Shown piece after piece: positions 39,507-49,468 of a stretch of DNA of 64,000 nt; within the stretch, counting starts at the first letter, position 1, and each line of letters starts with the position of its first letter. The notes beneath the pieces are model-generated. The model made no database searches. It saw only the letters and a list, made by a program, of their open reading frames with translations, and was not told the DNA's origin. A program made the translations under genes and the position numbers. The DNA is from a virus, in the UHGV virus genome UHGV-1363143. The stretch is one strand, 5' to 3'.

Positions 39507-40472
39507 TTAATAATTTAATGGATTTAATTTAACAGTTTCTCTTAATTGCTCTTCATCAACATGAGTATATATTTGAGTAGTCGCAACACTTTCATGCCCT
39601 AAGATAAGCTGTAAGCTTCTAATATCAGCTCCATTTTTATACATTAGGGTAGCAGCAGTATGTCTTAGTTTATGAACAGAATACTTCTGTGATAATCCAG
39701 CTTTCTCTAAAGCATTGTTTACAATGTCTTCGACAGCCCTTTTACTTATTCTTCTTTTCTGTTCACTAATAAATAATGCATCCTTACTATCTTCTTTAAT
39801 TTCTTTCTCTATCTTTTTTCTAACCTTTTTATAGCTTTTTATAGCATCTAAGCAAGCATCATTCAGATAGACAAATCTCTGTTTATTACCTTTACCAGTT
39901 ACAACAAGAGTGTCACCTTTAATAGAAGATATATTGATTCCACACAGTTCAGATAATCTCATTCCAGTGTTAAGAAAAACAGTAATAATACATCTATCTC
40001 TTATTGTGTTTCTGCTATCAACTGAATTTATCAGTGTTCTGCTTTCTAAAACAGTTAGATAGATAGGTAATTTCTTTCTAATCTTTGGACTCTCAAGTTC
40101 GGTCCCTAAATCATAATCCAGGTATTTAGCTTTATTATGACAATATTTAAAGAAAGACTTTAGGCAAGCTACCTTTCTAGCTCTTGTAGTTCCTTCATTC
40201 TTTCTGTTATTTTCAAGATATTCTAAAAAACTATAAATATCAGCTAAGTCTATTTCTTTAAGAAAAGAAATATCTACATCCATAATAGAGATCTCGTGGA
40301 AAGGAGTAATTTCATCAACTTTGCCATAATATATTTTTAAAAATCTAAAAAATAAAATCAAATCATTCTTATAAGCATCTACAGTTTGCTTACTTGCACC
40401 TCTAATAGAAGAGAGGTAGCTTAAATAACCTTTAATTACTTTTGGGACATTGGTTTTTGGCTTGCGTATCAA
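39507..40472 (-). CDS. int: tyrosine recombinase / phage integrase
   Basis: The C-terminus carries HKLRHTAATLMYKNGADIRSLQLILGHESVATTQIYTHV, giving the R...HxxR...Y catalytic residues. Confidence 0.85.
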   Translation of the reverse strand: MIRKPKTNVPKVIKGYLSYLSSIRGASKQTVDAYKNDLILFFRFLKIYYGKVDEITPFHEISIMDVDISFLKEIDLADIYSFLEYLENNRKNEGTTRARKVACLKSFFKYCHNKAKYLDYDLGTELESPKIRKKLPIYLTVLESRTLINSVDSRNTIRDRCIITVFLNTGMRLSELCGINISSIKGDTLVVTGKGNKQRFVYLNDACLDAIKSYKKVRKKIEKEIKEDSKDALFISEQKRRISKRAVEDIVNNALEKAGLSQKYSVHKLRHTAATLMYKNGADIRSLQLILGHESVATTQIYTHVDEEQLRETVKLNPLNY

Positions 40473-40538
40473 TAAAACCCCCTCCTTATCTATATGATAA
40501 TATCATTGTAAATAAAAAACAAGTAGGAGAGTAGAGTA

Positions 40539-41231
40539 TTAACTAGCAACACTTTCTTTATCTTCTTTTTTCTTATAAAGTTTTTTTGGCCATCCATTAA
40601 TCATAAAAGCAGGAGTATACCATATATCCTTACATTCTACCAAAAGACTATTACCTAATATAACATAAGCAGGTATTCCTAGTAAACTAAGTTGTATGTA
40701 AGTCATCATAACACAAGTTCTGTCAATATCCTGTGCGGTAATAAGAAGATGTTTTTGACAATCAAATCCAGCTTCCTCCATAGCTTCAGCAAATGCTATG
40801 CACATACCACCGCCTCCTGAGCATGGCTCATTCATTGTTATATATCCTTTTTTATTTATTAACTTTGACATTCCATCTTTATCTACTGTCATTTTTGCCA
40901 TCATTTGGCTTATACTGTAAGGAGTGAAGAATTGACCTCCACATTTCTTACCAAGATCCATTTGCATATAAACTTCACCAAGTAAATCTGTTTTCTTTGC
41001 ATTAAGTCCTTTAGCTAGCTCAGCAAGTATTTCTACAAATGTATAGAAATCTTCTTTAGAATATTTTGATTGAACTTCATAGAAATATTTTTCTCTTTCC
41101 TCAGAATGAATAAAATCAACTTGATTACTTAATGAAACTGAAGCAATAACTAAAAAATCATAAAATACACTAGACATATCATATTTGTATCTGAACTTTT
41201 CAAATAATTTAATAATCTTTTTAGAATACAT
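40539..41231 (-). CDS. degenerate/truncated N6-adenine DNA methyltransferase-like protein
   Basis: GQFFTPYSI and NEPCSGGGGM (motif I) are present, but motif IV reads YTPAF instead of NPPF/DPPY and the ORF ends soon after. Confidence 0.45.
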   Translation of the reverse strand: MYSKKIIKLFEKFRYKYDMSSVFYDFLVIASVSLSNQVDFIHSEEREKYFYEVQSKYSKEDFYTFVEILAELAKGLNAKKTDLLGEVYMQMDLGKKCGGQFFTPYSISQMMAKMTVDKDGMSKLINKKGYITMNEPCSGGGGMCIAFAEAMEEAGFDCQKHLLITAQDIDRTCVMMTYIQLSLLGIPAYVILGNSLLVECKDIWYTPAFMINGWPKKLYKKKEDKESVAS

Positions 41232-41471
41232 AATTTCCTCCTAATTATTTGTTTTTGTATGTAAAAAAGCCTTGCAACCCGCATTATATCTAGGTTTACA
41301 AGACTTTTAAAATGGTGTTATAACTCTTCGTAAAATAACAATTTCACGCAGAGTTTCTAATGGATAATAAAAAGACTTTTACAATAATTAGCCAACATCA
41401 AATTCTGACGCTCTTCGCATTTTTAAAACAATTCAAATGTACAAATATTAGTCTGAAATAATTCTAGAAAT

Positions 41472-42254
41472 TTATTTTCTGTCAGAATCGGTGCTGTTAA
41501 ATATATTCTTTTTAACCATTAATTTTATTATTCTAGTTAGATACTCATTAGCTTGTGAGTCGAATTCTTTTTCTTTATAAATTGGTCCATAGATTTCCAT
41601 TGTAGTTTGCAAAGTGCGTTCAGCATATTGTAAAAATCTATCTTTTGGAATTGTACCATTTTTTATTCCTAAAAGAAGTCCTCTCATTGGATCTTTATTC
41701 TCATACCATAATGCTGCTTTAAAATCTGTAAAATTATTGTCAGCATATCTTTTTATAAAATTTAGAGATCTAATTGCATGCATAGCTTCTTTTGTATCGT
41801 ATCCAAACTTTTCAACTAAATGTTTTGTTCCTGAAGTTCCTTTTTCTAAGTTCTTCATTCTTTGATTAAAAGTTCCTATACATGTGCTATATAAATTTGA
41901 TAAATTCATTCTAGCGATATGATCTCTCATTTTATATAATTCTTCAACCAGGTCCTGAGTAATCTTATGAGTACCAGTACCTAGTATTAATTCTTCTGTA
42001 AATAGTAATTCTAGAAAATTAGTATTAGCCTTAAAAAATAAGTTTGGTAATTTTCTAATATCGTGAACATCTAGGTCAATTTCATCACCTATATGCATTT
42101 TACTGTATTTTATGTTCTCATACATATCATCAAATGTCGGTAATACAAATACCTTATAGTCTTTATCACTACCAGCTGTATTAAGATTATAATTATGAGA
42201 ACCGACTAAAGCTCTAAAAGCTTCTTTTCTTCCTTCGTGTAATAGTCTGTCCAT
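41472..42254 (-). CDS. Pol-beta-superfamily nucleotidyltransferase (RlaP-like, RNA-repair associated)
   Basis: VGSHNYNLNTAGSDKDYKVFV is the GS...D.D motif; a downstream DLDVHD provides a third acidic residue. Confidence 0.55.
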   Translation of the reverse strand: MDRLLHEGRKEAFRALVGSHNYNLNTAGSDKDYKVFVLPTFDDMYENIKYSKMHIGDEIDLDVHDIRKLPNLFFKANTNFLELLFTEELILGTGTHKITQDLVEELYKMRDHIARMNLSNLYSTCIGTFNQRMKNLEKGTSGTKHLVEKFGYDTKEAMHAIRSLNFIKRYADNNFTDFKAALWYENKDPMRGLLLGIKNGTIPKDRFLQYAERTLQTTMEIYGPIYKEKEFDSQANEYLTRIIKLMVKKNIFNSTDSDRK

Positions 42255-42265
42255 ATTCTCACCTT

Positions 42266-42688
42266 TTATACCTTTACAACTTCCACATTATTTAATTTGA
42301 ATAAATCAAATGCATATTCATCTACTCTGTAGTCATTTTTATAAACTACTTTAGTTATGCCTGCTGCTATTATGCTTTTTGTACAATTTAAACAAGGGAA
42401 ATGTGTTACATATAATGTAGTTCCTTTTAAAGCAACTCCTTCTCTTGCACAATATGTTATTGCATTAATTTCAGCATGTATTGTTGCAATGCAATGTCCA
42501 TCTCTAAGAGTATGTCCTACATCATCACAATGAGGATTGTTAGCAACGCTACCATTATATCCAGTACTTACAATTCTATTATCTGAATTAACAATTACTG
42601 CACCAACACTTGCTCTATCACAAGTTGAGCGTGTAGCTAGTTTTTCAGCCAATTCCATAAAATACTCTGACCAAGGTTGTCTAGCCAT
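42266..42688 (-). CDS. dCMP (deoxycytidylate) deaminase
   Basis: HAEINAI...PCLNC, the zinc-binding CDA motifs. Confidence 0.8.
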   Translation of the reverse strand: MARQPWSEYFMELAEKLATRSTCDRASVGAVIVNSDNRIVSTGYNGSVANNPHCDDVGHTLRDGHCIATIHAEINAITYCAREGVALKGTTLYVTHFPCLNCTKSIIAAGITKVVYKNDYRVDEYAFDLFKLNNVEVVKV

Positions 42689-42803
42689 ACTTATGCCTCC
42701 TTATTCTTTAATGCTATATATTACGCAAAAAAATATAATAAAACTAATAGATACGATACATCTATATAAAATGCGACAGTATAAACTGCCGCATATAACA
42801 TCT

Positions 42804-43169
42804 CTATATTTTCTTTTTAAATGTATTAAAATCTATAAACATTTCAGGATCATTATGTTCATCATATCTATTTGGTATAGTGTAGCCATATCCAACATAT
42901 ACTTCTTCTCCAACAATGGATTCAAGTATAACTTTTGAAGAATGACTATATTTCTTATCAATCCTAATTGTAAATCCTAGTTTATTAATAGCTTCTTCTA
43001 ATTCATTATCAAATGAAATTCCTCGCCTACTATTTTCAGTATCAGTACCATAACAATATTTAGTTTTAATTTCCTCTAAGTATAGAGTTTCATTAGGTTG
43101 CTCAGCATTAAGCTGTTCAATAATTTCAAGTATTTGTTCATTTACGTTTTTTGAATTAAAGTCTATCAT
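42804..43169 (-). CDS. hypothetical protein
   Basis: ORF. Confidence 0.4.
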   Translation of the reverse strand: MIDFNSKNVNEQILEIIEQLNAEQPNETLYLEEIKTKYCYGTDTENSRRGISFDNELEEAINKLGFTIRIDKKYSHSSKVILESIVGEEVYVGYGYTIPNRYDEHNDPEMFIDFNTFKKKI

Positions 43170-43230
43170 ATCACATTACCTCTATCTTTCTTGCGTATAA
43201 AATAAAAGGGAGCTTTCGCTCCCTAAATTG

Positions 43231-43386
43231 TTATTCTTCAAAGTATTTTTCAAACATTGATGTCATTAAATTAATCCATTTATCAACGTCTTCTTTGGTT
43301 TTAAAGTCTGGCCAATGGCCAGGTACTACCTTTATGTCGTTTTTCTTACATTGCTCAAAGAAATACTTCTTTAATTCATTAGTCAT
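43231..43386 (-). CDS. small protein (51 aa, not in ORF track)
   Basis: MTNELKKYFFEQCKKNDIKVVPGHWPDFKTKEDVDKWINLMTSMFEKYFEE, with a GGGAGCgaaaGCTCCC hairpin plus T-run downstream. Confidence 0.3.
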   Translation of the reverse strand: MTNELKKYFFEQCKKNDIKVVPGHWPDFKTKEDVDKWINLMTSMFEKYFEE

Positions 43387-43410
43387 TAGATCCTCCTACG
43401 TTGTATAATC

Positions 43411-43746
43411 TTAGCATTTTAAATATACTTTTAAGCATTTACTCAAATGATTTTCATAAAATTTTACTGTACATATATGAACGCACCAGTCACAAAAAAT
43501 TATAAACTTGCCATTATGATTTTCACGTAAGTATTCTTTTGCTAACCTTATGAATTCTTTTTGCACCATATATATCTCATTATGAGACAGTTCATCTTCT
43601 AAATCCTGATTGCTTATAAAGTTAATACATTTTTCATCCGTGAATTTGTTGTTTTCAACTATGTCTTTTAATTCATCTAGTTGTTCATTAATATAGTCAT
43701 CAAATAATTCAACATTAAACATGTTCAGATTCCTCCTATACTGCAT
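43411..43746 (-). CDS. hypothetical protein
   Basis: ORF. Confidence 0.4.
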   Translation of the reverse strand: MQYRRNLNMFNVELFDDYINEQLDELKDIVENNKFTDEKCINFISNQDLEDELSHNEIYMVQKEFIRLAKEYLRENHNGKFIIFCDWCVHICTVKFYENHLSKCLKVYLKC

Positions 43747-46700
43747 ACGGCCTATATAAGTTAGCTACATGTTGCTTACCACTAAATATAGACTTCATCA
43801 ATTTAGTAGTTGAAGTAGGTCTACTCTTCTTAACTACTTCTCTTGATAAATAGTCTAAATGTTGTCTTACGAAAGTTTCTACTAATAGTTCAGCTAAAAG
43901 TTTTCTATCTCTTTCAGCCTTAGTTCCCATAATTACACTGTCATTAGTAGATCTCTTTCCTGTAAATACTTCAGCTTCAACTGTATGTTTAATACCTTCA
44001 ACAACTGAACTTGCTATTTGAGATAATAAATCTTCATTATCTGCCATAGCTCTTAATCCTTCTTCTGAGAACTTACCTTCTAACGCCATAGAAGCTTGTA
44101 ACTTACTAGCCATTAATGACATGGCTTGCTCTTGGATAGTTTCTTTATAGAACATAAAGTAAACTTCTATATCTTTAGTTTGAGATAATCTCCAAGATCT
44201 TCTACTAGCTTGTCTCATTGTGAATATATTATATCCCATTTGATAGAATACAATAGTAGTAAAATCTAATAAATCTAAACCAGTTTTAACTAAGTTAGGA
44301 TTACACATTAGTACATCTATATCATTCTTTGCTAATTGTTCTTCCACCCATCTTTCTCTATTTTTAGCTTTAACTTTAGAAGTTAAATCAACTGCTTTAA
44401 TTCCTTCTTCATTTAAAGCGTCAATTAATTTAGATGCAACATCAGTCTTATTAGTCCATTCATAATAAACTAGCACTTTTTCACCAGCAGCTTTCTTTTC
44501 CTTAACTAAATTAATAAGAGCTCTTTCTTTATTTCTTAATCCCTTATCTAGTTCTCTAGGAGTACAAAGAACGTCAGCTGTATCAGGATGTATTATTGGA
44601 ACACAATTATATGGCATATCAGGATAAGTAGATAATGATTGCAATAAAGCACCCATTGTCTTCATTCCTCCGCCACCGCCCCAAGAGCATAAGCTTCTTA
44701 GGTTATTTTCTAATTCTTGATAAGATGCATTTAACTCTGCGTCCATATCAACTGGTAATGGATATTCAGTATACTCTGGTAATCCTTCGGCCATATCTGC
44801 TATAGAAACAAATACTGCATTTTCAAGTAAGAATTTAGTGAATACTAGTGGAGATACTCCTGGTAATCTCTTTTCAGAGCCACTCTTAATCTTATCTCCC
44901 CTTCTTCCATTTCTACCTCTTTCATGTTCAGATGTTCTCTTAACAACACCATAAGTTCTTTGGAATGCTGCTTCATCAGAGTACTCAAACCCTTCTGCTT
45001 TCATTACTTCTGGCATAGTTCTATAAAGAATATAGAATAAACCATCAGCATATCCATTTAATAAAGTACCAGTTAATCCGATTACTTTATTAGCTGCCAT
45101 TGCTAAATCTCCCATAGCTTGTCCTTGTAAAGAGTCGCCCTTATATTCATGTAATTCGTCTGCTATAAAGTAATCTACATGTCCTTTAAGTCTTTCTCTA
45201 ACATATTTAGCTATAGAATATTTCCTTACTCCATTTGCAGATGAAGAAATATTGCCAGTTTCTTTTAATTCATCTTTCTTCTCCATTAACTTTAGTAAGA
45301 AACCTTGTTCTTTCTTATTTAAAGTTTCTCTTCTTGAGAAGTAATCATTATACATTTCTTCAAAATGACTCTTCATTATCCATCCTTCAGAACCTAACTT
45401 AACCCATTTAGAATCTTTCTCAAATTTATTAAGTGGTGTCCATAGCTTAGCATTACAAGGCACTCTAACGTCCCTGTTTTTTTCAGAATCAAATTTTAAT
45501 ACACTATTGCCACATACAATATTATAAGCATACTCTTTTAGAAAGTCTTTTTCAGTTAATCTTTCTCTTACCTTATATCTGTTTCTTCCTTCACCTTTGT
45601 AAACTTCTTTAAATAAAGTTTTACCACATTCAGGACATACAAAACATTCTTTTGATTTAGACCAAATTGCTGCAGGTCTTTTTTCATAGCTAAACTTTGC
45701 ATTTTCTTTTGATAAAATTATAAATGAATGTTCTTTCTTATACTTATCTTTAATTGTATCTTCAAGTGCCATTAATTCAGATATATTTTCTACTATATAT
45801 CCTTTAGCATTAGGCACTAATCTTTCTACTTCTCTTTGCCACTTTTCAACTAAGTGTCCAGGACACATTATAATAGTAGAACTTCCTGCCTTTTTTCCGT
45901 AATGAGCATAAGCCATTCCTGCACCTAATAGTGTTTTACCGACACCCATCTCCCCTACTACTATTGTAGTTTTATTCTTATTCATATTATTAACTACAGC
46001 TTGTATAACAGCTTTTTGAGCTTCATATATTTCTATTCCACCATAATAACATGAATCATCATAGTTATTTACATACTCTGAATATGTATCTTGATGTGGA
46101 TCAAACTTAGGTACAAATGCTCTTTGTATTTTTTCTGCAAGTATATCTCCAAATACATTTAAATACATATCTAATCCAGTAACTTCAGTCATTACTTCTG
46201 AAACGGTATTGTTGTTATTGATACTTAATACTCCACTTCTTAATCCATTTTGAACGATATCTAGTAAGCCGCTTCTAGACACAGAAAACTTTAAACATTG
46301 AAAAGGAGTATTTTCATAACAATGATATACTGTTATTCTTCTAATACAGCCTAAAGATCTTAAATTGCTTAATATGTATGGAACCCATTCTCTTAATATT
46401 GGTACAGATGTGTTACCATATATTTTATCATATAAGATTTCTTCTAATTCATCTTCATTTCTATAAAATACATAGAATGTGTATAGTTCATTTGTGTCTG
46501 TTCTATTAATAACATCTTTTTTCTTTATAACCATGTATGAGAAGTCACTTCCATTTTGTTTTTCCTTCTCAATATCGAATTGCCCTTGAATAGTAGCATG
46601 ACATCTACCTTCAACATAACAGTTAACTCTTTTCTTAAGAGCTTTAGAAACGTTCTTTAAAAGTTTATCAGATGCTACAATAGAACCGAATACAAATTCA

Positions 46701-46783
46701 GATGACTGTCTATCAATAGCAACAGCTTCATAGTGCATAAAACTACTATTATCTATAGTTATTCTTCCAAAATTCTTTGCCAT
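43736..46783 (-). CDS. SF2 DNA helicase (SNF2/DEAH-like) with a zinc-finger insert
   Basis: GEMGVGKT (motif I), DELHEY (motif II), QASRRSWR (motif VI) and CFVCPECGK. Confidence 0.75.
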   Translation of the reverse strand: MAKNFGRITIDNSSFMHYEAVAIDRQSSEFVFGSIVASDKLLKNVSKALKKRVNCYVEGRCHATIQGQFDIEKEKQNGSDFSYMVIKKKDVINRTDTNELYTFYVFYRNEDELEEILYDKIYGNTSVPILREWVPYILSNLRSLGCIRRITVYHCYENTPFQCLKFSVSRSGLLDIVQNGLRSGVLSINNNNTVSEVMTEVTGLDMYLNVFGDILAEKIQRAFVPKFDPHQDTYSEYVNNYDDSCYYGGIEIYEAQKAVIQAVVNNMNKNKTTIVVGEMGVGKTLLGAGMAYAHYGKKAGSSTIIMCPGHLVEKWQREVERLVPNAKGYIVENISELMALEDTIKDKYKKEHSFIILSKENAKFSYEKRPAAIWSKSKECFVCPECGKTLFKEVYKGEGRNRYKVRERLTEKDFLKEYAYNIVCGNSVLKFDSEKNRDVRVPCNAKLWTPLNKFEKDSKWVKLGSEGWIMKSHFEEMYNDYFSRRETLNKKEQGFLLKLMEKKDELKETGNISSSANGVRKYSIAKYVRERLKGHVDYFIADELHEYKGDSLQGQAMGDLAMAANKVIGLTGTLLNGYADGLFYILYRTMPEVMKAEGFEYSDEAAFQRTYGVVKRTSEHERGRNGRRGDKIKSGSEKRLPGVSPLVFTKFLLENAVFVSIADMAEGLPEYTEYPLPVDMDAELNASYQELENNLRSLCSWGGGGGMKTMGALLQSLSTYPDMPYNCVPIIHPDTADVLCTPRELDKGLRNKERALINLVKEKKAAGEKVLVYYEWTNKTDVASKLIDALNEEGIKAVDLTSKVKAKNRERWVEEQLAKNDIDVLMCNPNLVKTGLDLLDFTTIVFYQMGYNIFTMRQASRRSWRLSQTKDIEVYFMFYKETIQEQAMSLMASKLQASMALEGKFSEEGLRAMADNEDLLSQIASSVVEGIKHTVEAEVFTGKRSTNDSVIMGTKAERDRKLLAELLVETFVRQHLDYLSREVVKKSRPTSTTKLMKSIFSGKQHVANLYRPYAV

Positions 46784-47011
46784 AATATTTTACCTCTTTC
46801 TTTTCATTTCGTATGTAAGGCTCAATTAAGAGCCACTATTAAGACTTCTTAAAAAATGAATGACCTTTAATAAATGTTTTTTAGGAATTTTAATTTCCAT
46901 AGTCATTAATTCATTGTTTTCTTCCTTTGCAAAGTTTAGAGCTATATCTTCTAACTTCCTGAATTTTTCTAATTCTTTTTTATCCATAGATACTTCTCCA
47001 TCACTTCATAT

Positions 47012-47440
47012 TTACTTTATTTTATCCCAAGATAAATTTACGCCACATTGAGAGCAATTAGATTCTCCTTTAGCTACTTGGTGCTTGTTATTAAGAGCAT
47101 CACATATAGGACAAGAATATTTTTTATATTCATCTCCATAATCATGCTCTACCGGATATATCTTTGTAATCCTTTGATATGCAAACTCGCCTTCAGTTAC
47201 TGTACCTCTAGTACTTCTTCTAAGCTCCTTTGTCCTTTCTCTTAATCTTTCTATATATAAATCTTTTTGAACTAGCATACTATCTCTTTTAGATAAAGCT
47301 TGTTCAAGATCTTTAATTTGTTTATCATACCAATCTGCATTATTTCTATAATAATTATTTGTAAATAAAACTTTATCTGCTGTAGATGAAGCAATTTTAT
47401 TTATTTGTTCATCGCTTAAAGTCACATTGATTCCTATCAC
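47012..47440 (-). CDS. coiled-coil protein with a C-terminal zinc ribbon
   Basis: CPICD...CSQCG. Confidence 0.45.
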   Translation of the reverse strand: MIGINVTLSDEQINKIASSTADKVLFTNNYYRNNADWYDKQIKDLEQALSKRDSMLVQKDLYIERLRERTKELRRSTRGTVTEGEFAYQRITKIYPVEHDYGDEYKKYSCPICDALNNKHQVAKGESNCSQCGVNLSWDKIK

Positions 47441-47458
47441 TTTATCACCTCATAGTTT

Positions 47459-47668
47459 CTATAAATTATTGCTTTTAATATGTTCTTGAACTTCTTTTGG
47501 AAAACTACTTATATCATCAGTCCAGTATCCACAATTAATCCCATAGTGATATAATTCATACTTCCCACAACAATCACATTTAGATAGTCCCTGTTGATAA
47601 AAAGGAAGAGAAAAGCCTAAGACTCTTCTCTTATGAAATCCGAAGAAGCATTTGATTTTTTGAATCAT
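47459..47668 (-). CDS. small Cys-containing protein
   Basis: ORF with CDCCGK. Confidence 0.35.
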   Translation of the reverse strand: MIQKIKCFFGFHKRRVLGFSLPFYQQGLSKCDCCGKYELYHYGINCGYWTDDISSFPKEVQEHIKSNNL

Positions 47669-48165
47669 ATTTTCTTCTCCTTGTTAGATATTTTTTCTGT
47701 ATCTATAAATTGATACTCATATCCATTTTCTTTAAATATCTTACTAGCATTAGTTACTCTAAAAGCTCCTGGCTCTACTTCAAAAAAAGTATCTGCATCA
47801 GTTTCTGCAAAAACTTGGGTAAGATATAATTTATTGCAGTAAGGCATGAATATTTTATATATTTCTGCCCCACCTATTATGAAGATCTCTTCTTCACTAT
47901 CATTATTTAAAATAATATTTATATCATTTATATAAGTTACATTTTCAGTAGATTCTTTTGGAGTTCTTGATAAAACAATATTTTTTCTATTAGGCAAACC
48001 ATCTTTAAAAGGTAAACTTTCAAAAGTCTTTCTTCCCATTACAACTGTTTTATCAGTAGTGATTTCTTTAAATCTTTTTAAATCACCTGGAATATGCCAT
48101 AATAGTTTATTATCTTTTCCTATGCCACCATTTGAATCAACTGCTACAATTATATTAATGTTCAT
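47665..48165 (-). CDS. folA: dihydrofolate reductase
   Basis: NIIVAVDSNGGIGKDNKLLWHIPGDLKRFKEIT...VVMGRKTFESL. Confidence 0.85.
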   Translation of the reverse strand: MNINIIVAVDSNGGIGKDNKLLWHIPGDLKRFKEITTDKTVVMGRKTFESLPFKDGLPNRKNIVLSRTPKESTENVTYINDINIILNNDSEEEIFIIGGAEIYKIFMPYCNKLYLTQVFAETDADTFFEVEPGAFRVTNASKIFKENGYEYQFIDTEKISNKEKKI

Positions 48166-48177
48166 AAACTCACCTCA

Positions 48178-48900
48178 TTAGCTATTAAGCCATCTATTGT
48201 CTAGATAGCAGAATCCATATACTGCTAGACATATTACTGGAATCCATATTGCCCAGAAAATAACCTTACCGAAATTAGAACTTAAATTATCAACTGTTTC
48301 GTTGATTGTAGAATCTGCATATATAGGAACTCCACTTTCTCCAATGTTTCCGTCCTTTAGTTTGGTGTATATGGTACCTGTTATTTTTGTAGGTACTCCA
48401 TAGTATTTATACCTTACATGTGAAGATGTTTTTATTGTAGTTATATGTGGTGCATAAGGCATTGCGAATTGAGAAACATTAAACTTTACATCTAAGAATG
48501 TAGCTTCTTTTGCAGATAGATCCTCTGAACCTGCATAGTCCCAGGTCCAATAAGTTTCAGTTTTAGTTTTCGTCTTACCTTTAGAATCAGTATAAGTTAC
48601 TGTTCTTGTATGCATAGTATATACTTCTTTTACTTTTTCAACATATAAATATTCTCCATCTATCTCAGGATAAGATACTGTATCAATAGCTACTAAATCT
48701 CCATATACAAAGGCATTACCAACATTGGTATCCATAGCATATCTAAATAATTCATTATTATCTATTTTAAGAGCTTTATTATACTCCTCGTTTTTATCCA
48801 TTTGTATTTCTGATATTCTTCCTGATACTAGAAATCCTAATACTAACATTATTGCTGCGATTGCGATACTAAGTATAATCTCTCTTTTAGTGATCTCCAT
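48178..48900 (-). CDS. membrane protein (N- and C-terminal transmembrane helices), LemA partner
   Basis: Hydrophobic helices at both ends. Confidence 0.45.
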   Translation of the reverse strand: MEITKREIILSIAIAAIMLVLGFLVSGRISEIQMDKNEEYNKALKIDNNELFRYAMDTNVGNAFVYGDLVAIDTVSYPEIDGEYLYVEKVKEVYTMHTRTVTYTDSKGKTKTKTETYWTWDYAGSEDLSAKEATFLDVKFNVSQFAMPYAPHITTIKTSSHVRYKYYGVPTKITGTIYTKLKDGNIGESGVPIYADSTINETVDNLSSNFGKVIFWAIWIPVICLAVYGFCYLDNRWLNS

Positions 48901-48903
48901 ATA

Positions 48904-49449
48904 CTACTCTCCAAATAAATTTTGAGGTGCGTCAGATGGTGCATTGTAATCTAAGTAATCAAATTCAACTAATTCATATCCTAAGAATCCAAGTATTTGC
49001 TTACTAGGGAACTTTTTAACATATCTGTTATATTCTTTGATTTGTTTGTTATAATTGCTTCTATATTCTGCAATCATATTTTCTGTAATACTAAGTTCAT
49101 TCATTAATTGCTTATAGTTGGTGTTAGACTTTAGTTCTGGATAAGCTTCAGCAGCAGCGTTGATCATTGTAGTTACTTCTCCAATATCACCTTTTCCATT
49201 ATTTCTAGCTTCAACAACATTTTGTAAAGTTTCTGCTTCATGCTTGTCATATTGCTTTACTGTATCAACTAAATTGTAAACTAAGTCAACTCTTCTCTTT
49301 TCTTGAACTTTAATATCAGAATCAGCTACTCTTATTTGTTCTTCAAGGCCTATTGCTTTGTTTTGTACAGAATTAAATGCAAATACTCCTAGAATAACTA
49401 ATGCTAAGATAGTAGCTACAATAACTAAAATTGTTTTTAAATTTTTCAT
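48904..49449 (-). CDS. LemA-family membrane protein
   Basis: N-terminal transmembrane helix and a LemA-like helical body (...AAAEAYPELKSN...YN.FP). Confidence 0.6.
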   Translation of the reverse strand: MKNLKTILVIVATILALVILGVFAFNSVQNKAIGLEEQIRVADSDIKVQEKRRVDLVYNLVDTVKQYDKHEAETLQNVVEARNNGKGDIGEVTTMINAAAEAYPELKSNTNYKQLMNELSITENMIAEYRSNYNKQIKEYNRYVKKFPSKQILGFLGYELVEFDYLDYNAPSDAPQNLFGE

Positions 49450-49468
49450 AATTTTAACCTTCCTTTGC

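Noticed and set aside
41472-42254. Nucleotidyltransferase as a CBASS CD-NTase
   Set aside because: It is only 260 aa. No Cap2, Cap3 or effector gene is adjacent, since the E1/E2-like genes are 15 kb away. The N-terminal motif fits the RlaP/Pol-beta minimal nucleotidyltransferases better.
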